The position numbers and the translations under genes were made by a program. From assembly GCA_041662745.1 (NCBI GenBank), contig JBAZRV010000001.1, positions 384-64,383 on the forward strand: DNA of 64,000 nucleotides. The letters run 5' to 3'. The DNA is from Patescibacteria group bacterium (GTDB lineage: Bacteria > Patescibacteriota > Patescibacteriia > 2-01-FULL-39-33). Of this stretch, positions 38,301-45,493 are shown piece after piece; position 1 is the first letter of the stretch, and each line of letters starts with the position of its first letter. The notes beneath the pieces are model-generated. The model saw only the letters and a list, made by a program, of their open reading frames with translations, was not told the origin of the DNA and searched no databases.

Positions 38301-38884
38301 TCACTAACCTCCTGCTGGCTCAGGGTTGTTTCGCATCTGGGACAGATATGCATGGACTTATAACCTTCATAAACCAAACCCTTGTCATACAATTCCTTAA
38401 ACACCCACCAAATTGATTCCATGTAAGACAAATCCATGGTCTTGTAAGAATCGTCCATATCCGCCCAGCGGCCGAAACGGGCGATGGTCTTTTTCCATTC
38501 CTCAACATAAACCAAAACCTTGCTGCGGCAGTATTCGTTGAATTTACCAATGCCGTAGTTTTCAATATCTTTCTTGCTCTTAAAGCCCAGTTCTTTCTCC
38601 ACGATGTTTTCAATGGGCAGGCCATGGCAATCCCAACCCCAGCGACGCTCCACATAACGGCCGCGCATCGTCCAAAATCGCGGCACCACGTCTTTCATCA
38701 GACTGGCGACCATATGGCCGTAATGCGGAGTACCGGTGGCAAACGGCGGGCCGTCATAAAAACTGTAAGCCTCGCCAGCCCTGGTCTGTTCCAGTGATTT
38801 CTCAAAAATTTTATTATCCGTCCAAAATTTTTGGATCTCTCGCTCTCTTTCCGGAATCGGATTAACCCACTTTTTTTCTTCCAT
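35345..38884 (-). CDS. ileS: Isoleucyl-tRNA synthetase with a ~180-aa histidine-phosphatase (PGAM-like) domain inserted between the Zn-knuckle Cys pairs
   Basis: Start at MEEKKWVNP. HYGH (HIGH) and KMSKR (KMSKS) present. Insert …FFAIRHGEAE…LTANG…IVSSEVLRAKETA…LVSHEDTIKSFL (RHG…H catalytic pattern) between WRCQCGE and CQECGQ, coordinates ~36790-37330. Confidence 0.9.
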   Translation of the reverse strand: MEEKKWVNPIPEREREIQKFWTDNKIFEKSLEQTRAGEAYSFYDGPPFATGTPHYGHMVASLMKDVVPRFWTMRGRYVERRWGWDCHGLPIENIVEKELGFKSKKDIENYGIGKFNEYCRSKVLVYVEEWKKTIARFGRWADMDDSYKTMDLSYMESIWWVFKELYDKGLVYEGYKSMHICPRCETTLSQQEVSEGYKDIKDLSVTAKFELVDEPGAYVLAWTTTPWTLPGNVALAVGKDIDYVVVSSGANKKMEAYDVEGGNKITATMSVVRPGEKLILAEALLEKVFAGQQVRVLDKFKGSELIGKEYKPLFPYYLDKDLPNKENLYTIVAADFVTTDDGTGVVHIAPAYGEEDMQLGQEENLAFIQNVTLAGNFKDEVADFAGLNVKPAEDTKATDKKVIEYLDRHKLLFASAEYEHSYPHCWRCDTPLINYATSSWFVKVTDIKAKALETAKNINWSPAHIKEGRFGKWLEGARDWSISRQRFWASVIPLWRCQCGEIKVIGSVAELEELKIDRNNFFAIRHGEAEKNIKHVFSSGLGVYSLTANGREQIKVAADGLKDKKIDLIVSSEVLRAKETAQLIAEVTGAELVFDARLNELDAGELEEQSDVDDKAKAVIAKWKSDWDNAYPAGESVRQVTERTLALYQELNEKYEGKNILLVSHEDTIKSFLGRLYGYEPSQTFRDLAVEKGQVLEIKQKITDLHKHFVDQWQIVCQECGQKMTRIPDVLDTWFDSGSMPYAQQHYPFENQEKFLAGFPAQFIAEGVDQTRAWFYYLHIIATAVRDSEAFKNVIVNGIVLAEDGKKMSKRLQNYTEPEIIMDKYGADALRFYLLTAPVMTAENLNFSDDAVKEAMQKVTMLLNNILSFYKLYEVSGTAASEPVKSDNILDKWLSVKLNLLLLEVTKNMEAYDLPRATRPLAEFIDEFSTRWLQSSRERLKGDDEADKNQAIATFRLVLLELSKIMAPFTPFVAEYVYKQIGGEKESVHLESWPEIDKELYGSKEASAYSDKLKEQMGLAAAIEELGLAARAEAKIKIRQPLNKATVFGLALAEEPYKQQLINLIKDKLNLKNLEFAGGTEIKLELDTDLTDELKVEGAWREFVRTVNTLRKDAGLTIKDRIKLSWQSEGETVKKVFGDALLNEELKKSTLTQEIIEADSDAKAVSINGEKVKIKIEKL

Positions 38885-39190
38885 ACTGTTATTTATGATT
38901 ACTGTTTGTTTAAAATAAAAAACACCAACTTGGCTGACCGGAGCCCTCGCGGGCGGTACCATCTCGGTGTTTGACTTGATTTCAGCTGTTACGGGCTGAC
39001 CGGCCGATTTTACTTTCCGTTACAAACGGGTTTCTTTCGGCAGCTCCAATGGTGATAACCACTGTCGGGCGCTGTTATTGATTGTTTAACTTGCTTATAC
39101 GATATTTTCAATATAACAAAAATCAAATAAAAAGTCAAAAATAAAAGTCGCCACTGCCGATGGCCTGGCGACTGAACTTACTCGGACTGA
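38885..39190 (-). promoter_or_regulatory. Putative T-box leader upstream of ileS
   Basis: Minus strand contains AGAUGGUACCGCCCGCGAGGG (cf. T-box GGGUGGUACCGCGG). A hairpin AACACC…GGUGUU + UUUUUUAUUUU lies just upstream of the start. Confidence 0.4.
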
Positions 39191-39197
39191 AATTATA

Positions 39198-39740
39198 TTA
39201 CTTACGTGTCTGCGTATCAGCATTAACCCGTAATTCGGCGTTGCGGGTCATAACCGAACCGGTGTCGTTGTCCACATAACAAAAATAATAGTCGTCATCT
39301 TCAAGGCTGATTTGCGGCCAGCTAAGGGTTGGAGATTGCGCCGTGGGATTATCAACCGGCAGATAAATCTTGCACAACGGGCAATGATTGCGTCGGCACC
39401 ATTGATAGCGCAGGTTATTGCCCACGGCCACCACGGTCAAAGACACCGCCTGTCCTTCATTGACAGTGAGATCATCGGGTTGGCGGATGATCATCGGCGG
39501 CATTTCCATCTCACCCCCCCCTGCGACGCCGCAACAAAAGCCGTCTTCAGTGCCGACTTCAGGGCAGGCATGATAAGCGCCGCTATTATAAAATTGGATC
39601 ACCCGCAATAATTCCGCAAGCGAGATTATGCCGTCCCGATCAACATCGGCGTCATGAAAATTATTTATCTCCGCCACTATTGGAAACAAACCGACGGCTA
39701 AGATAAAAACCAAGATCAGCAACAAGGCCCTGCATCTCAT
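39198..39740 (-). CDS. Secreted protein with dockerin/EF-hand-like Ca-binding motif and an Ig-like (I-set-like) domain
   Basis: Signal peptide; DVDRDGIISLAELLRVIQ; Ig-like …PDDLTVNEGQAVSLTVVAVGNNLRYQW…DDDYYFCYVDNDTGSV…. Confidence 0.6.
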   Translation of the reverse strand: MRCRALLLILVFILAVGLFPIVAEINNFHDADVDRDGIISLAELLRVIQFYNSGAYHACPEVGTEDGFCCGVAGGGEMEMPPMIIRQPDDLTVNEGQAVSLTVVAVGNNLRYQWCRRNHCPLCKIYLPVDNPTAQSPTLSWPQISLEDDDYYFCYVDNDTGSVMTRNAELRVNADTQTRK

Positions 39741-39778
39741 CTTATGTTTTCCTCCTTCTTGTTTTCAACCGTTTGAAT

Positions 39779-40147
39779 TCATTCAGGTTTAAATTGTTGG
39801 TTAAACCGATCAAAATTAGGATAGTAGGCGTCAAATAAAACCCTTTGACCGCAAATCTGAGCAACATGACCGCACCAAATTCTTTCAGGAATTTGCTCCA
39901 AATATTTCGCCATTAATTTACGCAAAAGCATTTTATCGGCCGTACTGGGCTGGAAACGCACCGGATTTGATCCTTTGAATCCATAATAACGGTAATACTC
40001 AATCTCTTCCCGCACATAATCTTCCAAAAAAAGCAGAGCTGACTTAAACATTATCTGAATCATTTCTTCGGCGGATACCTGTTTAAAGCCCAAACTATGT
40101 GCCATTGCCGTTCTCCTTATCCTATTGCAAAAGAACTCTGAATTCAT
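39779..40147 (-). CDS. Hypothetical protein (start possibly at internal Met MAHSL, ~40105)
   Basis: ORF track; no domain recognised. Confidence 0.4.
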   Translation of the reverse strand: MNSEFFCNRIRRTAMAHSLGFKQVSAEEMIQIMFKSALLFLEDYVREEIEYYRYYGFKGSNPVRFQPSTADKMLLRKLMAKYLEQIPERIWCGHVAQICGQRVLFDAYYPNFDRFNQQFKPE

Positions 40148-40353
40148 TTGAATACGCTATCATATCAATAGTTAATTGTCAATTAAAGGATTGCTCGTCC
40201 GGCAGGGCTTATGGGGCGATTTTGGAAAAATTAAGTGACGAGGATTAGAACTATTTAAAAAGTTCTTGATTCGTATAAACTGTGAATAACTATTTGACGT
40301 TTTTACCGGCATTTGTTAATATGCGTATATAAGACACAAACTAAAAATTATTT

Positions 40354-41031
40354 ATGAATTTGGGCAATAGCAAATACCAAAATCAATATCTGCATGCTGA
40401 CGCCGCAGTCTTTACGGTCGAAGACCGTAAGGTCAAGTTGCTTTTGGTGCGCCGTTCCCGCAAACCCTACATTGGACAGTGGTCGCTGCCGGGTGGAGGA
40501 ATTTACCGCACAGAATCAGCTAAACAGGCGATAAAAAGGGAATTGGCATACAAGACTGGATTGAAAAATCTCTATCTGGAAGAATTCGGCGTCTTTAGTG
40601 AGCCGAAACGCGATCCACGCGGCCGCATCATCTCAATCGCCTTTCTCGCCTTACTAGATAAGAACAAAGTGTCGCTATTGCAGAAAACACCCAAAACCAT
40701 GGGCGCGAAGTGGTTCGACATAAAAAAGTTGCCGCCTATAAAATGGGACCACAAAAAAATCACCAACTTGGCTATTGCAAAGCTGCGCAAGCGACTTTTG
40801 GAATCCAACATTGCTTGCCGGCTGTTGCCGAGATACTTCACGCTGCCAGAATTGCATAAGACTTATGAAATCATCCTTGGTAAACAACTCGATCGTCGCA
40901 ATTTCCGCAAGAAATTCCTCAAGCTGGGCTTGATTATCAAGACAGAAAACAAGGAACGCGGCAGTAGGAACCGTCCGGCCGCCTATTACAAGTTCAAGAC
41001 CGAACAGCATCAGGATATTTCCATCTTTTAA
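40354..41031 (+). CDS. Nudix hydrolase with C-terminal winged-helix-like extension (NrtR-like architecture)
   Basis: Nudix-like box GGGIYRTESAKQAIKRELAYKTGL plus a ~90-aa basic C-terminal tail. Confidence 0.6.
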   Translation: MNLGNSKYQNQYLHADAAVFTVEDRKVKLLLVRRSRKPYIGQWSLPGGGIYRTESAKQAIKRELAYKTGLKNLYLEEFGVFSEPKRDPRGRIISIAFLALLDKNKVSLLQKTPKTMGAKWFDIKKLPPIKWDHKKITNLAIAKLRKRLLESNIACRLLPRYFTLPELHKTYEIILGKQLDRRNFRKKFLKLGLIIKTENKERGSRNRPAAYYKFKTEQHQDISIF

Positions 41032-41120
41032 ACCTTCAACGCTTATTGAGACTATGACCCACGAGTGCATCATTTGGCAACTTAGTTTGAGTATATTTTA
41101 CACAAAAAATAATCATCATT

Positions 41121-42299
41121 ATGCCCAGTTTCCATCTCTGCAATAACAACGTCTGCACCCGGCTCTATCTTTTCGGCCAGGATTTAAAAAGCCTACTGTT
41201 GCAAAACTGCTGGCAGGAATTGCCTCTGAACCAAGCCGACCTTATTTTCGTCAATTCATGTTCTTTCCTAACAAAGACCGAAAATTTTTTTCTGGCTAAG
41301 ATTGAAAAATTAGACAAATCCAAAACCGCCAACCAGAAAATCATCGTCTTTGGCTGCTTGCCGCATACTTCTCTCGAAAAATTAAGAATGGTCTTCTCCG
41401 GCGAAATCATGCCGGCCAGGGACCTGGCGCAAGCAGCCGACCTGCTTGGTTTAAAATCAATAAACAGTAATATTGGCTATTCGATTCCGCGCCAATTGCG
41501 AACTTTAGATCGTTTCAATTATTTCATCAATAAATACCTGATTCGCAATGCCTATTTGGGCTATCTGTCCGGCGAACCGGCCTATTACCTCAATATCGCC
41601 CGAGGCTGCCTCGGCAAATGCACATATTGCTCAGAAAAAACAGCTCGCGGACCCCTTTCCAGTTGGCCGATTGCCGATATCGCCGCCTCTTTCCGAACCG
41701 GCTTGAAGCAAGGCTATAGGATATTCTCCCTTAATGCCGATGATGTCGGCGTTTTCGGCTGGGATCGGAAGGAAAACATCGCCGGATTGCTCAATGAACT
41801 GCTATCAGCTGACGGTGATTTTAAAATTATCCTGACAGAATTCAATCCCTGGGGTTTGATCAAGCATCAGCAAGAACTACTGTCGCTTCTGGCTTCAAAA
41901 AAAATAGCTCATATTACCATTCCCCTCCAATCCGGCTCGGATAAAATCCTCAAGCTGATGAGGCGACCTTATTCCATTCTGACAGTCATGGACATTATAA
42001 GACTTATTAGAAATAATAATCCAAACATCATCATCAATACCCATCTGATCGCCGGTTTTCCGGGAGAAACCGAAGAGGATTTCAGACTGACACTTGATCT
42101 CGTCAAGTCTGGCCTGTTTGACAAGGTCAAAGTCTTTCCCTATTCCGATCGACCGCAAGTGCCGAGCTACGACTTGCCGTATAAAATTCCGCCTCGAATA
42201 ATGGCTGAACGCTCCCGACGGCTGAGATATGAAACCTTCAGGCAGGCGCTACTGAAGCTAAACCTTAGAAATATATTGCTCAATCTGCAAAAAATTTAA
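41121..42299 (+). CDS. Radical-SAM methylthiotransferase-like enzyme (MiaB/RimO/MtaB family) lacking a C-terminal TRAM domain
   Basis: N-terminal MTTase-like domain (IFVNSCSF…), CxxxCxxC (GCLGKCTYCS), IAGFPGETEEDF box; 392 aa ends directly after the radical-SAM core. Confidence 0.7.
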   Translation: MPSFHLCNNNVCTRLYLFGQDLKSLLLQNCWQELPLNQADLIFVNSCSFLTKTENFFLAKIEKLDKSKTANQKIIVFGCLPHTSLEKLRMVFSGEIMPARDLAQAADLLGLKSINSNIGYSIPRQLRTLDRFNYFINKYLIRNAYLGYLSGEPAYYLNIARGCLGKCTYCSEKTARGPLSSWPIADIAASFRTGLKQGYRIFSLNADDVGVFGWDRKENIAGLLNELLSADGDFKIILTEFNPWGLIKHQQELLSLLASKKIAHITIPLQSGSDKILKLMRRPYSILTVMDIIRLIRNNNPNIIINTHLIAGFPGETEEDFRLTLDLVKSGLFDKVKVFPYSDRPQVPSYDLPYKIPPRIMAERSRRLRYETFRQALLKLNLRNILLNLQKI

Positions 42300-42302
42300 T
42301 TT

Positions 42303-42875
42303 ATGACCATTCTAATCTGTGGACAATCAGGCACAGGAAAAACGACGCTGGCCAAAATTATGGCAGATAAGCTTAATGCTGTCTGTATTTCGACTGACAG
42401 CATTAAGTTGTTTGCGCGTGCCAGCGGCTACGGCAATGCCTTTACCTATACCGACAGCCACGGCGCCTGGTCTAAGTTTGGTCGGAAGAATCGCCAGAAT
42501 ATCATCCGCGGCTTCAAAGCTCACAATCGCGTGCTCGAACAGCTCATTACAGACATCATCAAAGAAGCCGACGGTATTTCCCAACACTTAATCGTCGAAG
42601 GCGTTCAAATTACGCCTAAAATGTTAAAAGAGTTGCCAGGTGAAAAAATGGCTATCTATCTAGATTTACCGTGCAAAAAAACTCACTTCAAAATTTTCGA
42701 CTATAAGAATTCGAGACGCAAAATCGCCAACACTTTGTGGCGCGCCAATTACGATGCTATCCGACTGATTAATGACTATACTAAGGATGCCTACCGCCGA
42801 GCCGGATTCAGCATTATTAGGTCAGCTCCAGCCGAGCTTGTGGCCGATCGGTTGCTAACAAAAATCCGCATATGA
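42303..42875 (+). CDS. P-loop kinase (AAA_33 / 2-phosphoglycerate-kinase-like / polynucleotide-kinase-like)
   Basis: Walker A ICGQSGTGKTTLAK; 190 aa; starts 4 nt after the upstream gene. Confidence 0.6.
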   Translation: MTILICGQSGTGKTTLAKIMADKLNAVCISTDSIKLFARASGYGNAFTYTDSHGAWSKFGRKNRQNIIRGFKAHNRVLEQLITDIIKEADGISQHLIVEGVQITPKMLKELPGEKMAIYLDLPCKKTHFKIFDYKNSRRKIANTLWRANYDAIRLINDYTKDAYRRAGFSIIRSAPAELVADRLLTKIRI

Positions 42876-43735
42876 ACGACTACCGAGATTGCGATTATTT
42901 CATTGATGACTTGGGCGACATTCATATTGTGCGCGGCTACTTGCATCCAGTCAACTTAGTGCGGACCAAGCTGATATACAAAAAAACTTCCGCAGGCGAT
43001 CGCAGCCGCCGCAACGGAGATTGCTACGAAAAAAATCAGATCGACCAAATTATCTATCTCCCGGCCAGCCGTATAAAAGAGTATTTCCGGCCATTAAATA
43101 ATCCCATAAAGACGAGTTTGGAGGGTCTCTGGCTGGACATGTATAACGAGCTGAATAATTACGTCGCTGCAGACGACATTGGAATTTTCGGCTCCAGCCT
43201 ATTGGATTTTCCAGTCACCCGCGATGTCGACTTTATTATTTATGGCTTGGACAATTGCCGACGGATAAAAAGCAATATAGAAACGATCAAAATGGCGATG
43301 GCAGTGCCGGGAATCTCAACCAATCACATCAATTATCAATCGCAAAAATTTTCGGCATCGCATGAACCGGGCAATAACACCCTAGCCAAGACTTTAGCCA
43401 ACAAGTGGTGCACGGTGCAAATCGCGCCGGGAGTTTCCAACACGTTGATGTTCGGCTACAAGGCGGAAGAAATCGGCGACTGGCTAAATGCCGATGACCG
43501 GCCGGGGAAAGACATTGTTGTGGAGGGTGAGGTCCTAGATGATATCCGCACCAACTTCAGCCCGAGGATTTTCAACGTACGGGATCGCCGTGGTATAATT
43601 TTTACAGTAAAAACATATTATTGGGCTTATCATGCCTGTGTGCGCATCGGCGACATAGTTACGATTGCGGGCAGATTAGTCGACCGCAACATAATTCTAT
43701 TGAATAATTTCAATCACGGCATCGCAATTAGATAA
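42872..43735 (+). CDS. Minimal nucleotidyltransferase (Pol-beta superfamily) with C-terminal OB-fold-like domain
   Basis: GIFGSSLLDFPVTRDVDFIIYG (GS…DxD NTase motif); start overlaps the kinase stop (ATGA). Confidence 0.55.
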   Translation: MNDYRDCDYFIDDLGDIHIVRGYLHPVNLVRTKLIYKKTSAGDRSRRNGDCYEKNQIDQIIYLPASRIKEYFRPLNNPIKTSLEGLWLDMYNELNNYVAADDIGIFGSSLLDFPVTRDVDFIIYGLDNCRRIKSNIETIKMAMAVPGISTNHINYQSQKFSASHEPGNNTLAKTLANKWCTVQIAPGVSNTLMFGYKAEEIGDWLNADDRPGKDIVVEGEVLDDIRTNFSPRIFNVRDRRGIIFTVKTYYWAYHACVRIGDIVTIAGRLVDRNIILLNNFNHGIAIR

Positions 43736-43782
43736 CAAGCTTGGTTATATAATATCCGGTTTATTTCCAGCTTATTCCAAAA

Positions 43783-43887
43783 CCCTCCTCGTCCCGCCTG
43801 CCTGCCGGTAGGCAGGTCCGCCCTAACCATAAATCAACAAAAAAGACCTAAATTCATAGGTCTTTTTATGTTACTTCATTAAGTGAA
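43783..43887 (+). repeat. ~105-bp repeat element, copy A (GC-rich hairpin CCTGCC-N8-GGCAGG + terminator hairpin AGACCTAaattcaTAGGTCT-TTTTT)
   Basis: About 90% identical to 44683-44790; the embedded terminator is at 43842-43870. Confidence 0.7.
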
Positions 43888-44040
43888 GGATAATAGACGA
43901 TATTAGAACTTGTTTAGTCAAAATTGATAAAAATTATTTCGTCCCAAATTTAAGTTGACAAAAATAACTAGTTGCGATAACATATCGTCAATAAACAAAA
44001 AATGCACATTAAAATATAAACAACCAAAAAGGAGAAAGAA

Positions 44041-44610
44041 ATGCCATTGTTTAATATTGATCGCCCTAAGGCAGAAAGAATTAAATCAAGGTTGGTTGCC
44101 ATACTACCAACCAAGAAGCAGAAAAGAGAAATATTCCTAGCCACCGCCAGAAGAGTGGTCGGTCGAAAAGTAATCGAATGGAATTCTTGTTGTGGCACCT
44201 ACGGCCAGGGCGGGCCGGGATTCTTGGGTTTTAAGCTTGAAAAAAATTTCAGATACCACGAAGAATGGTTGATCTTAAGAATTTGGGGTGCGGATAATTG
44301 GTTGCTGGTCAACGGTCTATGGTTTGCGGCCGATCCCGATCAATATGATATTCAAGTCCCGCTTTATTCAAATTATTATGAAAAAGAATGGGATAATTTT
44401 TCCGAACTAATTATAAGCGAAAGAATAGAGACATTCGAGATTGCTGAAAAAACTATGACAATTACCATTGGATCTACTGTTATTTCGCTTGGCGATAATC
44501 CGGAAGAGCGGCCCAGATATGCCGGTAACGGCGATCAACGCAAACTCGATGAAGCTGATGACCTACGAGAGGCCTGGATACTTTCTCCTTATGCCTGGGT
44601 TGAAATATAA
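44041..44610 (+). CDS. Hypothetical protein (189 aa) bracketed by the two repeat copies
   Basis: SD AAAGGAGAAAG 7 nt upstream of ATG; no recognisable domain. Confidence 0.5.
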   Translation: MPLFNIDRPKAERIKSRLVAILPTKKQKREIFLATARRVVGRKVIEWNSCCGTYGQGGPGFLGFKLEKNFRYHEEWLILRIWGADNWLLVNGLWFAADPDQYDIQVPLYSNYYEKEWDNFSELIISERIETFEIAEKTMTITIGSTVISLGDNPEERPRYAGNGDQRKLDEADDLREAWILSPYAWVEI

Positions 44611-44682
44611 TTGTTACACTAAGAGACACATTAACCAATGCCGAGGACAAGGATGTCCCCGGCGTTTTCATTTTTCTAAAAT

Positions 44683-44790
44683 CCTCCTCGTCCCGCCTGC
44701 CTGCCGGTAGGTAGGCAGGTCTGGGCTAACCGCAAACCAACAAAAAAAGACCTAAATTCATAGGTCTTTTTATATTATTTCATTAGGCGG
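44683..44790 (+). repeat. ~108-bp repeat element, copy B
   Basis: Direct repeat of 43783-43887 with a 4-bp tagg duplication; its hairpin (44745-44775) can act as a bidirectional terminator for the 44041 gene and the ferredoxin gene. Confidence 0.7.
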
Positions 44791-44806
44791 GCAACCTTAT
44801 ATTGGA

Positions 44807-45004
44807 TTACTCTCCCCAGGAAATCGCCTGTGTTGGACAAGCACCGATAGCCTCGTCAATCTTGGCTTTTTCCGCTTCATAATCCGCCTCCAAAACTGTG
44901 GCAATCATCCTGCCGTTTGCTTCGGCCACCTTAAAAACTGCCGGGCAAATAGCCTCGCAAGTGCCGCAAGCGATGCACGCTTCGCTGACTGATGGTTTTG
45001 ACAT
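44807..45004 (-). CDS. Small ferredoxin (single Fe-S cluster)
   Basis: CIACGTCEAICP…GACP. Confidence 0.75.
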   Translation of the reverse strand: MSKPSVSEACIACGTCEAICPAVFKVAEANGRMIATVLEADYEAEKAKIDEAIGACPTQAISWGE

Positions 45005-45018
45005 AGTAATTTTATTAT

Positions 45019-45399
45019 TTATTTTTTGATAAGCTCTTTGACTTTTTGCGACAAAGTTCCGGGAGTAAAATCTGATTTGACCAGATAGCCGTTGACTTTC
45101 AACCCGGCCGCGCGGTCCTTATCCTTCTTTTGGGTCAAGTTGCTCCAAATATAAACTTTGAGTTTTGATAATTCGCTGTCTTTTTTGATTTGGTCAAACA
45201 AAGTCCAGCCGTCCAATTCCGGCATCATGATATCCAACAGCACCAAGTCCGGCTTAAGTCGTTTTAACTCTTCCAAAGCTTTGGTGCTGTCGCCGATGAT
45301 CGTCGCGTCAATGCCTTCCATTTGCATTTTCAAATGGTAAATTTCAGCCAAATCCGGCTCATCTTCAATCAAGGCGACTTTGTATTTTAATTCCGGCAT
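45019..45399 (-). CDS. Response-regulator receiver-domain protein (CheY-like, no output domain)
   Basis: VALIEDEPDLAEIY…DLVLLDIMMPELDGWTLF…K. Confidence 0.75.
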   Translation of the reverse strand: MPELKYKVALIEDEPDLAEIYHLKMQMEGIDATIIGDSTKALEELKRLKPDLVLLDIMMPELDGWTLFDQIKKDSELSKLKVYIWSNLTQKKDKDRAAGLKVNGYLVKSDFTPGTLSQKVKELIKK

Positions 45400-45493
45400 A
45401 TTATTAATTCCAATTTCTAAAAATTATTAATTAGCCCTTTAATTATTCCTGTTCCCTGCCCCCAATCCTCAATATTTTGACTTTATTATTATA

